Source: Candidatus Culexmicrobium cathedralense (lineage in GTDB: Archaea > Thermoproteota > Methanomethylicia > Culexarchaeales > Culexmicrobiaceae). Taken from it: a stretch of 64,000 nucleotides of DNA. Under the pieces are notes generated by a model. The model was not told the DNA's origin and did no database searches. It saw only the letters and a program-made list of their open reading frames with translations. Made by a program: the position numbers and the translations under genes. Location of the stretch: positions 384,001 through 448,000 of the forward strand of contig JANZKC010000002.1 in the NCBI GenBank assembly GCA_025061115.1, given 5' to 3'. Of this stretch, positions 20,482-30,604 are shown one piece after another (the stretch's first letter is position 1; the number at the start of each line of letters is the position of its first letter).

Positions 20482-21591
20482 TCATTTAAACGTTTTAGTT
20501 CTCCTAGCGTAAGCCTCCACATTCACTCCCCTAAGCCTAAGCCATTCAGCTGTTAAACCAGTAATTACCACGGGGACCCTCCTCAAGTCACTAATAGTTC
20601 TAGCTCCAACTAGGAACATTGCAACCTTAAGCTCTTCAATAAATCTCTTCAAAAACCTCACAACCCCACTTGCGCCCTCCTTAAATGCGGGTTTAAGCAG
20701 CGGCAAAGCAATTCCCACAACAGATGCTCCCAGAGCAAGCGCTTTAGCTGCATCCAATCCGCTCCTAATACCACCAGTAGCTATTATTTCAAGGCTAGAT
20801 GACTCACGAACTTCACATATGCTAATTGCAGTGGGGATGCCCCAGTTCCAATACAACTTGGCTAGAGAAGCATGAAGCTCATCACCTGCAGCTATAGCAC
20901 GATAATACTCAACTGCAGCCCAGCTCGTGCCTCCAGCTCCTCCAACATCTACACACTTAACACCTGCACCTTCAAGTAGAGCAGCAACCTCCATCGAAAT
21001 TCCAGCTCCAGTTTCCTTAGCGATAATAGGCACATTTAAGCTTGAAGAAAGCTCCTTAAGCTTAGCCATTAACCCCTTAAATTTAGGCTCACCCTCAGGC
21101 TGAACTGCCTCCTGAAGAGGATTCAAATGAACGGCAAGCGCATCAGCATCAATCATTTCAACAGCCCTTCTAGCCTCAGAAACTCCAAAACCCATTGAAA
21201 ACTGCGCTCCCCCCAAATTTGCTATTAAAAGTATGTCAGGAGCAACTTCCCTCGCAATCGAGAAAGTATAAGCCAAGTTGCTATTTTCTAGCGCAACCCT
21301 CTGACTTCCAACTCCCATTCCAACTCCAAGCTCCCTAGCAGCAACCGCCAAAGCCTCATTAATCCTAGCTGAAACCTCGCTTCCACCAGTCATGCCACTA
21401 ATGATGATTGGAGCATTAAGCTTGAAGCCCAGAAACTCAACTTCAGTTGAAATCTCATCCAAGTCAAGTTCAGGAAGAGCGGAATGAATTAATTCAACGT
21501 CATTAAAGCCAGTGGATTTCGCGCTGAATTGAACATCCCTCTTAAGGCAAACTTCAACGTGGCTTAACTTCCTCTCAACAGTCAAAACCAA
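20482..21591 (-). CDS. fni: Type 2 IPP isomerase
   Basis: RKLSHV, GMTGG, GSQR, HLNPLQE, KETGAG, GAGGTSW. Confidence 0.96.
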   Translation of the reverse strand: MVLTVERKLSHVEVCLKRDVQFSAKSTGFNDVELIHSALPELDLDEISTEVEFLGFKLNAPIIISGMTGGSEVSARINEALAVAARELGVGMGVGSQRVALENSNLAYTFSIAREVAPDILLIANLGGAQFSMGFGVSEARRAVEMIDADALAVHLNPLQEAVQPEGEPKFKGLMAKLKELSSSLNVPIIAKETGAGISMEVAALLEGAGVKCVDVGGAGGTSWAAVEYYRAIAAGDELHASLAKLYWNWGIPTAISICEVRESSSLEIIATGGIRSGLDAAKALALGASVVGIALPLLKPAFKEGASGVVRFLKRFIEELKVAMFLVGARTISDLRRVPVVITGLTAEWLRLRGVNVEAYARRTKTFK

Positions 21592-21641
21592 TCACCGCAA
21601 CACTGACTCAGTAAACTTGCATCTAAATAACACTTCCCATA

Positions 21642-22457
21642 CTAGCCTACGATTCTAGTGCAAATCAGCTCCTCGCCCAAAATTGCCCGCTTAACATTAA
21701 GAGGCTTCAAGGCATTAACTATTAAGACATCTATGCCAGCACGAGCAGGCTTAACAGCCTCCATAAGCTTCCCAGCAATGCCGCCAGTAACGTCAATGCC
21801 CTTGAAAGAGCAACCGCGCATCCCCTTAATCAATCGACCCACATCATCAACAGCTACACTGGGAATCAACTTCGCATCCAAATTCTTCTTGGGATCCGAA
21901 GTGTAGACCCCATCCACATCACAAGCAAAAACCAATCGGCGGGCATTGAATCGAATAGCGAGGTGGGAGGCAATCTTGTCTCCCGAAATTATGGTGAAAC
22001 CAAGCTTCTCATCGAAAACAACATCCCCATAAAGAACTGGCGTCAAGTTCAACTGCAACATCAACTCAATAGGCTCAACGTGAAAAGCAGCTATTTCGCC
22101 GCTATTAGCAATGATGCAAGCTGAAGGCTGCACCGACACTGCGGGAACTCCAGCACCAACCAGTTCTTCAACAACCAGGCGATTCAGCTCTTCCATGGCC
22201 ATTCGAGTCTCAGCCAATCCTTTCAGCTGGCCATTATCCTTGAATCCCAAGTGCAAATTATACTTGGAAGCAATGGGATGTCCAAATGAGCCTCCTCCAT
22301 GAACAACAATTAAGTTGAAAAAGTCAATGACGTCACTTACTTCAACCGCCAACCTCCTTATAACATCCAAGTTAGCCCTCTTAGGAGAGTCCTTAATTGT
22401 GATGACGCTTCCGCCAAATTTAACGACCACCAACGGCTTACTTTTCACCAACCACAA
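21642..22457 (-). CDS. ipk: Isopentenyl phosphate kinase
   Basis: KFGGSVIT, HGGGSFGH, ISGD, DVTGGI; lies between mvk and fni. Confidence 0.93.
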   Translation of the reverse strand: MWLVKSKPLVVVKFGGSVITIKDSPKRANLDVIRRLAVEVSDVIDFFNLIVVHGGGSFGHPIASKYNLHLGFKDNGQLKGLAETRMAMEELNRLVVEELVGAGVPAVSVQPSACIIANSGEIAAFHVEPIELMLQLNLTPVLYGDVVFDEKLGFTIISGDKIASHLAIRFNARRLVFACDVDGVYTSDPKKNLDAKLIPSVAVDDVGRLIKGMRGCSFKGIDVTGGIAGKLMEAVKPARAGIDVLIVNALKPLNVKRAILGEELICTRIVG

Positions 22458-23427
22458 CTCCCCTCATAGATAGCCTTGCACGAATAGGCTTACCTCCAGC
22501 GCGCTTAATTGCTAAAGCAACATCCCTCACCTTATCCTCAGGGCAGAGAGCTATAATTGAGCCTCCCCCGCCAGCTCCAGTTATCTTCGACCCATAAGCT
22601 CCAGCAGACCTAGCGGCATATACCAGCTTTTCAAGCAGCAAATTTGAAACTCCAACCGCCGACAAAAGGCCATGATTGACGTTCATGAGCTCCCCAAGCT
22701 TAGTCAAGTCACCACTTTCAATAGCTCTAGCAGCTTCAATAGCCAGGTGCCCAGCAGCGTGATAAAGAGGAGCAAAAATCTCCATAAATCGCTCCCGAAG
22801 AGCCCTAACCCTATTAACCATCTCACCAGTAGATCGACTCATCCCAGTAACGCCAACTACAATAGAAAACCTCTTGGCCGGCCGGAGGCGAATAAAGCCT
22901 TCAGACCTACGGTAAACAATGACCCCACCAATAGCTGCAATCGTGGGATCAATGCCGCTAGGCCTTGAATGAGCCACCTCCTCAGCCTTCGAAGCCAATT
23001 CTAGAACGACATCTCTATCAACAGCATTCCCCATCAATTTTACAAGAGCAGCCGCTGAAGCCACCAAAACTGAAGCTGAAGAACCCAAACCAACCCCAAC
23101 GGGAATCTTTGAAGTTACAGATAACTTAAATCCACGACTGAAGCCATAGAGAGAAGCCGCCTTCATCGCAAGCACCCTGATCGGCTCCAAGAATTTAATG
23201 GACTCCTCGGAGCCGCTAACAACCTTAAAGTCGCTTAGCGAATACTTAGCGGAAAACCCTAGAGTTGGAGCCTCAATGACCGCGAAGCCGCCATCCAGGA
23301 TCTCAGCTGTGGCCCTAGCTCTCAAGTTGATCGCCGCTGCAATTGCAGGCTCACCTTCAACAACGAAGTGCTCTCCAACGATTATAACCTTGGCCGGCGC
23401 CGATGCGGTGACTAGCAAATTAATCAC
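22438..23427 (-). CDS. mvk: Mevalonate kinase
   Basis: APAKVIIVGEH, PVGVGLGSSAS, PSGID, KITGAGGGG. Confidence 0.94.
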   Translation of the reverse strand: MINLLVTASAPAKVIIVGEHFVVEGEPAIAAAINLRARATAEILDGGFAVIEAPTLGFSAKYSLSDFKVVSGSEESIKFLEPIRVLAMKAASLYGFSRGFKLSVTSKIPVGVGLGSSASVLVASAAALVKLMGNAVDRDVVLELASKAEEVAHSRPSGIDPTIAAIGGVIVYRRSEGFIRLRPAKRFSIVVGVTGMSRSTGEMVNRVRALRERFMEIFAPLYHAAGHLAIEAARAIESGDLTKLGELMNVNHGLLSAVGVSNLLLEKLVYAARSAGAYGSKITGAGGGGSIIALCPEDKVRDVALAIKRAGGKPIRARLSMRGVVVGEK

Positions 23428-24278
23428 CTATAAACCGCGATCGAAGCATATCCAACAACTGCATGATAACTGCCAGTTATGTCGCCTGAAGTCGCATACT
23501 TCAACTTAGAAGCCCCACTAGCTCCAAGAAGCTTACAGGCAACTAGCATAGCCATAACAGGCCCCGGACCGCACATCGAAACATTTCTCCTATACACCAC
23601 ATCAATAACGCCTTTAGGGTCAAGCTCCAGAATCCTCCCAATAACAGCTTCATCATTTTCGTTAGCAATCCTCTGCGGCGCATAGTGCGTGAAATCCGTA
23701 CTGGCAATCACCACCACATCCCTATCAGCCGCGGCCTTCGCAATTGCTTGACCAACCTTAGCCGCCACTTCATAGGTCTGAAGCATCATGCAGATGGGTA
23801 CAAATTTCACCTTTCCATAAAGATACTGTAGAAATGGAAGCTGAACTTCAATTGAATGCTCGGATAAGTGAGCATAGTCATCATCCTCGATGACCTCAGC
23901 ATGCTTAAGAATGCTTTCAGAAAGCTCGGAGTCAACTTCAGCGTCGCCAAAAGGAGTTCTCCACATGCCGCTAGTCATAATTGAAACAGCTGCTCCAACT
24001 CCAGAATGATTTGGACCTAAAATCACGAAGCAATCAGGCCTACCATCCTCAGCAAGGGCATGATAACTCCAAGCTGCAATTGGGCCTGAGTACATGTAGC
24101 CAGCATGAGGGCAGACCAGCCCAATGATCCTTCTAGGACCATCTGAAAGCTTAGGGGTGGATCCCGGCCCCAAACCATGCTTGAAACACCACTCAATTCT
24201 ACTCCTGAGAGCTTCAGGGCTCGATTCATAAAACATGCCAGCTACAGCTGGACTTCTAACCTTCACAATACTCACCAA
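23424..24278 (-). CDS. MEMO1 family protein
   Basis: PAVAGMFY, PHAGYMYSG, GPNH, EHSIEVQLPFL, STDFTHY, MCGPGP. Confidence 0.94.
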   Translation of the reverse strand: MVSIVKVRSPAVAGMFYESSPEALRSRIEWCFKHGLGPGSTPKLSDGPRRIIGLVCPHAGYMYSGPIAAWSYHALAEDGRPDCFVILGPNHSGVGAAVSIMTSGMWRTPFGDAEVDSELSESILKHAEVIEDDDYAHLSEHSIEVQLPFLQYLYGKVKFVPICMMLQTYEVAAKVGQAIAKAAADRDVVVIASTDFTHYAPQRIANENDEAVIGRILELDPKGVIDVVYRRNVSMCGPGPVMAMLVACKLLGASGASKLKYATSGDITGSYHAVVGYASIAVYR

Positions 24279-24313
24279 TTAACATTATGCAACTGGAAAA
24301 TAAAGAATATCCG

Positions 24314-24934
24314 CTAAAAGGCTTCAGGCTTAGCTTCAAACTCCTCAACTGAAACCGGCAAATCTCCGTCAGGCGGTATGTCGCCCCTCTCCCTCAAAAC
24401 TTGCCTCGCCAAAAGCCAGTAGGTTAAAGCTAACGCCTTCCTCCCCTTATTGTTGACCGGTATTATCAGCTCAACAAATGAAGCCCTATTGTCAGTGTCG
24501 CATAAAGCTACTACTGGAATTCCAACATTGGCAGCTTCATCAATAGCCTGCTCATCAGCCCTAGGATCAGTTACAAGTACAACTGCAGGCTCAATGTAAG
24601 TTGGAAGCTTAGGATTCGTAAAGGTTCCAGGTATAAACCTACCAGTAATAGGCTTAGCTCCAACAAGCGCGCAGAACTTCTCAACGGGCCGCCATCCATA
24701 TTGCCTTGAAGAAACAGCAACAATCTTTTCGGGAGGAAATCTAGCCAAGAACTTAGCTGCAATTCTAATTCTCTCATCAATCTTCCTGACGTCCAAGACG
24801 TATAGGCCATCAGGCCTAACTCGGTATATAAATGGCATCATAATTCTAGTCTTAATCCTAGTTCCAATGTGCAGGCCTGCCGCCAAGTAGACCTCTAAAG
24901 GTATTAGCAGTTCAACAGATTCAACTGAACTCAC
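24314..24934 (-). CDS. rps2: 30S ribosomal protein S2
   Basis: [30 protein letters not shown]. Confidence 0.97.
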   Translation of the reverse strand: MSSVESVELLIPLEVYLAAGLHIGTRIKTRIMMPFIYRVRPDGLYVLDVRKIDERIRIAAKFLARFPPEKIVAVSSRQYGWRPVEKFCALVGAKPITGRFIPGTFTNPKLPTYIEPAVVLVTDPRADEQAIDEAANVGIPVVALCDTDNRASFVELIIPVNNKGRKALALTYWLLARQVLRERGDIPPDGDLPVSVEEFEAKPEAF

Positions 24935-26190
24935 GTCAACACACCCTCCAAGCTAGCTAACTCAGCCTTCCCACCCAATTCCTCCTCTATCCTTATAAGT
25001 TCATTTATTTTTGAAATTCTCTCACCACCAACAACTCCGGTCTTAATTATTGGGCAATTGAAAGCCACAGCAAGATGGGCAATACTTGGATCCACATTCT
25101 CCCCCGAACGATGAGACATCACTGGAACGAAGCCATGCAGCTTTGCAACTTCAACCGCAGCAACAGTGCTCGTAAGCGTTCCAACCTGATTCGGCTTTAT
25201 TATAACTGCGTTTCCAGCTTTTCTGGAAGACCCATACCGTATGAGCTCAGCATTAGTAACGTACAGGTCATCTCCGCAGATAAGGCAGTTAGAAACGCTG
25301 CTGAGAAGTTCAGAAAAGGATTCATAATCCTCCTCATGAAATGGATCTTCAACATAGATCAAATCAAACTCCTCAACGAGCTTAACCATGAACTTCAACT
25401 GCTCCTCAGGCGTGAGCTTAAACCCCTCCCTCCCATAAACGTATTTACCCTCACTGCCACTCCATAAAGTTGAAGCAGCGACATCAATGCCAACTCCAAT
25501 CTTAATGCCAAGCTCACTTCCAACATCTTCGCAAGCCCGCTTAACAAGCTTAAGTGACTCCTCAACTCCGAAGGGAGTAACCCAAGCACCCTCATCATTT
25601 CTCCCATATATCGATCCTTCCGGAGCAAGCTCAACTACACGCTTATGAACAAGCACGTTCGCCAAGGCAGCTTCATAAAACGAATCCGCATCGAGGGGCA
25701 GCACCAATATTTCCTGAACATCAAGCCCCCCACTCTTAGAGTGCTTACCCCCACCGACAACATTACCTAGAGGGAGGGGAAGCACCGACGCAGATATACC
25801 TCCCAAATACCTGTAAAGCGGCAAATTTAAAGAGGTAGCTGCCGCCTTTGCAGCAGCAATGGAAGTGGCTATCGCAGTTGAACCTCCAATTCTAGAGAAA
25901 TTAGAGGTACCGTCAATTTGCTGTATAATGCCGTCAACCTCAAATTGATTAGATGCGTCAACCCCCATCAATTCAGGGGCAATCATTTCATCGACAGCCC
26001 TAATCGCCTCATCAATTCCTCCAGGCGGAAAAGCAACAACCTCACGCCTACCCCTACTTGCCCCACTGGGAGCAGAAAAACTTCCAAACCCAGCTTCAGT
26101 ATAGACATCAACCTCAATAGTGGGAGAACCCCTACTATCAAAGATCTTCCTCGCAAAAACATCCCTTATAGCTGTTGGAAAGCGATCCAA
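24931..26190 (-). CDS. eno: Enolase
   Basis: DSRGSPT, PSGAS, GGGKH, DEGAW, EDPF, GDDL, IKPNQ, SHRSGE. Confidence 0.95.
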   Translation of the reverse strand: MDRFPTAIRDVFARKIFDSRGSPTIEVDVYTEAGFGSFSAPSGASRGRREVVAFPPGGIDEAIRAVDEMIAPELMGVDASNQFEVDGIIQQIDGTSNFSRIGGSTAIATSIAAAKAAATSLNLPLYRYLGGISASVLPLPLGNVVGGGKHSKSGGLDVQEILVLPLDADSFYEAALANVLVHKRVVELAPEGSIYGRNDEGAWVTPFGVEESLKLVKRACEDVGSELGIKIGVGIDVAASTLWSGSEGKYVYGREGFKLTPEEQLKFMVKLVEEFDLIYVEDPFHEEDYESFSELLSSVSNCLICGDDLYVTNAELIRYGSSRKAGNAVIIKPNQVGTLTSTVAAVEVAKLHGFVPVMSHRSGENVDPSIAHLAVAFNCPIIKTGVVGGERISKINELIRIEEELGGKAELASLEGVLT

Positions 26191-26430
26191 TTACCTTCCA
26201 CTCCTCACAACACGCTTATGCTTACCATAAATTTCATGAAGTCGAATTACCTCATCAATGAGGTCCACGTGGCTCAAAAGCATCCGGCGACAACAATACC
26301 TCTTAATGCCCAGGCTATCAAGAACCTTCCCCGGATCCTCACCGCCCCTAACTCTCTCAACAAACTCCTCATACTTATCTCCAAGAAGAGCCCCACAAGT
26401 AAAACACCTAATTGGAACGATCAATTTCAA
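26191..26430 (-). CDS. rpoN: RNA polymerase subunit Rpo10 (RpoN)
   Basis: [19 protein letters not shown]. Confidence 0.97.
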   Translation of the reverse strand: MKLIVPIRCFTCGALLGDKYEEFVERVRGGEDPGKVLDSLGIKRYCCRRMLLSHVDLIDEVIRLHEIYGKHKRVVRSGR

Positions 26431-26435
26431 ACCTC

Positions 26436-26837
26436 CTATCGATACGATTTCTGGAACCGTCTCCTAGCTGAGGGGCCGCCGAACTTCTTTGGCTCAGTCC
26501 TTCTAGGGTCGCCGGCGAGCATGGACCTATCGTAATCCAAGAACACCTTCTTCAACTTCTCATCCTTAAACCATGTCACTAGGCCCCTGGCTATAGCCAT
26601 TCGAGCAGCATCAGCTTGCCCCATGAAACCTCCGCCTCGAACTGAAACCTCAATATCAACTTTCTTCAGCCTATCCCCAGCAAGCAAAAGGGGCTCCATG
26701 ATCTTCCAGCGAGCCATCTCAGGCTGATAGAGCTCTATCGGCACCTTATTAATAAAAACGCGTCCCCTACCAGGCTTAAAAGTAGCTCTAGCAACAGCAG
26801 TCTTCCTCTTACCGCTAGTAATAAGAACCTTAACCAC
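26436..26837 (-). CDS. rps9: 30S ribosomal protein S9
   Basis: [36 protein letters not shown]; start approximate. Confidence 0.97.
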   Translation of the reverse strand: MVKVLITSGKRKTAVARATFKPGRGRVFINKVPIELYQPEMARWKIMEPLLLAGDRLKKVDIEVSVRGGGFMGQADAARMAIARGLVTWFKDEKLKKVFLDYDRSMLAGDPRRTEPKKFGGPSARRRFQKSYR

Positions 26838-26839
26838 AC

Positions 26840-27280
26840 CTATACCCCCTTCCACCCTATCTCCTTAGCTACTTCACCCAGATATACATACTTGCCCCCA
26901 AGCCTACTGGCATCAGCACTAGATATCTTCTCCACTTTAAATTTCTTAAACTCATCTGGAAATCCTATGTAAATCCTCAATCGCTTTAGAGCCGCCCTCC
27001 CCCTATAATTATGTTTGGGAAGCATGCCCCAAACAACGTCCTTCAAAATCCTATCAGGCCTCCTAAAGTGCTTAGGCCCCCTCTTAGGATTCCTCAAAGT
27101 CTTAAGCTCAAGCATTGACTTGAACTCCCTAACTATGCTGCTCTTATCGCCGGAGATCACCGCCTTCTCAGCATTTACAATGACTATTCGCTCCCCCTCC
27201 AAAAGCCTTTTAGCGACTACGCTGGCAAGCCTACCCATGATCGAGTTTTCAGCGTCAATTACAACTACATTTTCAGGCAC
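26840..27280 (-). CDS. rpl13: 50S ribosomal protein L13
   Basis: IDA...[25 protein letters not shown]. Confidence 0.97.
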   Translation of the reverse strand: MPENVVVIDAENSIMGRLASVVAKRLLEGERIVIVNAEKAVISGDKSSIVREFKSMLELKTLRNPKRGPKHFRRPDRILKDVVWGMLPKHNYRGRAALKRLRIYIGFPDEFKKFKVEKISSADASRLGGKYVYLGEVAKEIGWKGV

Positions 27281-27287
27281 TTCAATT

Positions 27288-27650
27288 TCACCCCAAGATC
27301 TTCACATTACTGCCTCTAGGTACTTTAACTATGAGTTCAGCTATGCTAATGCACTCGCCACCAGCACTTTTAATTTTTTCAACAGCTTTCGCTGAGAATG
27401 AAAGGGCAGCCACGGTTACCGGGTGGTCGATCTCTCCGGAGCCTAAAACTTTGCCTGGCACGAGAACCAAGTCTCCAGCCCTAGTATATCGATTAATTCT
27501 ACTAACATTAACCTCCACCCGTCTCCTGCGAGGAGCATTAAGCCTCTCAGCCACATCCCTCCATATCTCAACGTTATATGCTCGCGAAGCCTTCCTAAGC
27601 AACCTTATCAACTTCCTAACTTGAACATTAGTTGGACCAGTTCTCTTCAA
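27288..27650 (-). CDS. rpl18e: 50S ribosomal protein L18e
   Basis: TGPTN, VNVSRINR, VPGKVLGSG, FSAKA. Confidence 0.97.
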   Translation of the reverse strand: MKRTGPTNVQVRKLIRLLRKASRAYNVEIWRDVAERLNAPRRRRVEVNVSRINRYTRAGDLVLVPGKVLGSGEIDHPVTVAALSFSAKAVEKIKSAGGECISIAELIVKVPRGSNVKILG

Positions 27651-28459
27651 CCCTCCAAACCTCCACTCAACTCCTCAATCAAATTCGAGCACTTCTCAGC
27701 TAAAACTTCAGCTGCAACTTCAACGATCTTAGGAGCAGGCAAAGTTCCAGTAGATTCAACGTAAAATATGAATGAAGTATCGTCTGGATTTAACTTGATC
27801 GCATCAACCTCGCAAGCCTCCACGCATGCTTTACATAAGCTGCAGTTCAAAAAGTCCTTTAACTGCGGAAATCCACTCTCATCCAAGTCGAGAACTCCCT
27901 TAGGACAAGCTTCAATGCACTCTCCGCACTTAATGCACTTATCACGATTAACTTCAATTCTAGGCACGTACTTATAGGCGCAGGCTGAAACAGGCTGCCA
28001 CTTAGCCCCCCTCTTACCAATGCCGAGCCTAGCGTAAGCTTCAAGCAAAATCTTCTGGTTGGACGCCAGCTTAGCAATTGGAATTTTATCGCTGACCGGA
28101 ACTACTTCAGGATCACTTGAAACCAAGTCGCCTGAGTAGACGACTCTAGGCCGGTCCTCAGCTTCAACTTCAAGAATAAACGTAACCTGACACTTAGTGC
28201 AGCCAACTCCTCCGCAACTGCACTTCTCCGGAGGAGAAAACCTATCCAAATCCGTTTTAAGAGGAATTAGCGATAATCTATAAGCCAAAACCTCATCGAA
28301 AATCGGAGAAGTATTATTCAGAATTACGACCTCATCAATGGCCATGCATGGAACCTCAGCTATCATAATCCTCCTCAGCGCATTAGCAAAAGCAACGCTA
28401 ACCCCACTTAATATAAAGCGAACTGAAGCATCCGAAGCACTCACTACCTCCACGTGCAT
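27647..28459 (-). CDS. rpoD: RNA polymerase subunit Rpo3 (RpoD) with ferredoxin-like 2x[4Fe-4S] insert
   Basis: ANALRR, DEVLAYRLSLIPL, AKWQPV, CIKCGECIEACP and CSLCKACVEAC. Confidence 0.96.
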   Translation of the reverse strand: MHVEVVSASDASVRFILSGVSVAFANALRRIMIAEVPCMAIDEVVILNNTSPIFDEVLAYRLSLIPLKTDLDRFSPPEKCSCGGVGCTKCQVTFILEVEAEDRPRVVYSGDLVSSDPEVVPVSDKIPIAKLASNQKILLEAYARLGIGKRGAKWQPVSACAYKYVPRIEVNRDKCIKCGECIEACPKGVLDLDESGFPQLKDFLNCSLCKACVEACEVDAIKLNPDDTSFIFYVESTGTLPAPKIVEVAAEVLAEKCSNLIEELSGGLEG

Positions 28460-28624
28460 CAACAAACCCCTCAACTTAAGCTAGAAGGAGGGATTATAAT
28501 AGAGGAATTTAAATTTTATGTGCTCCTAATGCATTGCAATGTAAAGCCTAATTAATAGATTTGAAAAACGCAGATAACTTAGGCAAACAATAGAGCGCAA
28601 TTTAAGTAGGTAGCTTAATCACCC

Positions 28625-28975
28625 CTACTGCCCTTTCATACCCTTAATCAATTGCTCCCCGAGAGCCTTAAAAACTCCATAAGCCTTGATCAAGGGCACA
28701 TTAATAACCACTTCGCCATCCCTGATCTTTATTACTCGCTCATACTTAGGCTTAAACGAGTAGCACACTTGCTCCATTATAACCACCTTATCCTTCAAGA
28801 AAACCCGAGAAATAGTTCTGGCATCCAGAATGTCGCAGCAAGCACAAATGACGAGTCCATTAAGCCATAGCGGATTCTTCTTGGATAAGTAGGCGCAGAA
28901 GCCCAGGTCCTCCAAGCCCCTCTCTTCAATGCTGAAAACTTTAACCTTAAATTCGCCCCAGCTAAATTCAGGCAA
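28625..28975 (-). CDS. Hypothetical protein inserted between rps11 and rpoD
   Basis: 116-aa ORF starting 17 nt after the rps11 stop, with a GGTGGAGG SD-like site; no recognisable motif. Confidence 0.65.
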   Translation of the reverse strand: MPEFSWGEFKVKVFSIEERGLEDLGFCAYLSKKNPLWLNGLVICACCDILDARTISRVFLKDKVVIMEQVCYSFKPKYERVIKIRDGEVVINVPLIKAYGVFKALGEQLIKGMKGQ

Positions 28976-28992
28976 AGATGAAGAGCCTCCAC

Positions 28993-29391
28993 CTATACTC
29001 GTCTACCTCTACGCCCACCAGGCCTCCTCGTGGTGTCGTGCGGAATTGGAGTAACATCTTCAATCCTGCCAATTATGAAGCCAGACCTAGCTAGAGCTCT
29101 AATTGCTGCTTGAGCTCCAGGCCCAGGAGTTTTAGGTCCATGCCCACCGGGAGCTCTAACCTTAATGTGAAGAGCATTAATCCCCTTATCCTTAGCAACT
29201 TGAGCAGCTCTAAAAGCCGCTTGCATAGCGGCATATGGAGAGGGCTTCTCCCTATCAGCCTTAACAACCATGCCACCTGAAGCTATTGCAATCGTTTCAG
29301 CTCCAGATAGATCAGTGATGTGCACAATGGTGTTGTTGTAGGAGCTATATATGTGAGCAACACCCCACTTTAAGTTCTTACCTCCAAACAT
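28993..29391 (-). CDS. rps11: 30S ribosomal protein S11
   Basis: [39 protein letters not shown]. Confidence 0.98.
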   Translation of the reverse strand: MFGGKNLKWGVAHIYSSYNNTIVHITDLSGAETIAIASGGMVVKADREKPSPYAAMQAAFRAAQVAKDKGINALHIKVRAPGGHGPKTPGPGAQAAIRALARSGFIIGRIEDVTPIPHDTTRRPGGRRGRRV

Positions 29392-29408
29392 GGCAAGCAG
29401 CACCTCCA

Positions 29409-29924
29409 CTAGCTCTCAGCCGCCGCAACGAGCGGCTTCTCCTTAAATGGACTTCCAGGAGAGTAATCTATTAGCGCCTCCTCATCCCTCTTGACAACGT
29501 ATCCTGGAGACGTAACTCGCCTACCAGCAATAGCTATGTGGCCATGAACAATCAGCTGCCTAGCTTCATAAATGGTTCGAGCCAAGCCCTTTCGGTAAAC
29601 AACTGTTTGTAGCCTCCGCTCAAGCAAGTCCTCAACCCTCAAGCCCAAAACGTCGTCCAAGGTAGCTTCCTCATGCAGCAGCCCCATCTTAATCAGCCTG
29701 CTTATCAGCTGCCTCTGCCTGAGAGCCAACTCTTCAGGCGGAAGAGCAAGCATCAACCTAGCCTGCTGCCTAATCTTTGCAATCATGGTCTTCGCAACCC
29801 ACAATTCACGCTTATTCCTAAGGCCATACTCGCCCATCAGCTTAAGCTCTTCCTCTAAAACCTCCTTCCTCCAAGGATGCCTAGGCCCCTTCCACTTCTT
29901 CCTACATCGCTTTGGATCTCCCAT
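29409..29924 (-). CDS. rps4: 30S ribosomal protein S4
   Basis: [32 protein letters not shown]. Confidence 0.98.
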   Translation of the reverse strand: MGDPKRCRKKWKGPRHPWRKEVLEEELKLMGEYGLRNKRELWVAKTMIAKIRQQARLMLALPPEELALRQRQLISRLIKMGLLHEEATLDDVLGLRVEDLLERRLQTVVYRKGLARTIYEARQLIVHGHIAIAGRRVTSPGYVVKRDEEALIDYSPGSPFKEKPLVAAAES

Positions 29925-29928
29925 AAGC

Positions 29929-30381
29929 CTACCTCCTCGGCTTGCGCGTAACACCTACAGTCTGCCCACTTCTACCAGTAGTTCTAGTCTTTTGACCCCT
30001 AACCTTCAATCCCAAAGCGTGCCTAACTCCCTTCCAGCACTTAATCTTCTTCATCAAATCGATGTCAGCCTTAACCCTCAAAACCAGGTCGGACCCTATC
30101 AAGTGAACGTCCTTGCCAGTCTCCAAATCCTTCCTCCTATTATACATCCAAGCAGGAATACCCTGAGACCTTACATCCTTAATTGCATTTTCAATCCTCT
30201 TAATCTCAGCTTCAGATAGAAAGCCGATTCGCACGTCAGGATTAACTCCGACAACCCGAACAATGGCTTGAGCCAAATTTATACCTATACCCTTAATCTG
30301 AGATATAGCGTAAACTACCTTTTTGGAACCATCAACGTCCTGCCCAGCTATACGGACAATGTGCCTAAACGCCAAGGCCAA
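29929..30381 (-). CDS. rps13: 30S ribosomal protein S13
   Basis: [35 protein letters not shown]. Confidence 0.98.
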   Translation of the reverse strand: MALAFRHIVRIAGQDVDGSKKVVYAISQIKGIGINLAQAIVRVVGVNPDVRIGFLSEAEIKRIENAIKDVRSQGIPAWMYNRRKDLETGKDVHLIGSDLVLRVKADIDLMKKIKCWKGVRHALGLKVRGQKTRTTGRSGQTVGVTRKPRR

Positions 30382-30447
30382 ATCACCTATCAGCGCTAGT
30401 AGGAAAAACGTGAAGCTCTATTTAAGTTTTGTTTAATGAATTGAGTT

Positions 30448-30517
30448 AAAAGGAGCGCTGCTCGATGCAGGCTTCATCATCAACGTCAGCAAGCCCGCCT
30501 GAGCAGCGCCCCACACC
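30448..30517 (-). ncRNA. Candidate small hairpin RNA with apical box C/D K-loop
   Basis: GGGGCGCUGCUC/GAGCAGCGCUCC 12-bp stem and GCGGGCUU/AAGCCUGC 8-bp stem; apex CUGA-CGUUG-AUGAUGA; upstream TTTAAT box (~30535-30540); 3' U4 tract. Confidence 0.65.
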
Positions 30518-30604
30518 TATATTGGAGGAAGTCAATTAAATTTGTAATGCAGAAGCATAAAACGAATACCGAAAACCTCCAGCACCCAGCAAGAGCTAGT
30601 TAAG

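Noticed and set aside
26186-26195. rpoK absent between rpoN and eno
   Set aside because: rpoK lies outside this block in many non-euryarchaeal lineages.
27859-27960. Ferredoxin insert in RpoD as a novelty
   Set aside because: Fe-S domains in archaeal Rpo3 are well documented.
30452-30515. Plus-strand H/ACA reading of the hairpin (ACA follows the stem)
   Set aside because: On the plus strand two G-U pairs become A-C mismatches and there is no K-loop; the promoter and U-tract support the minus strand.
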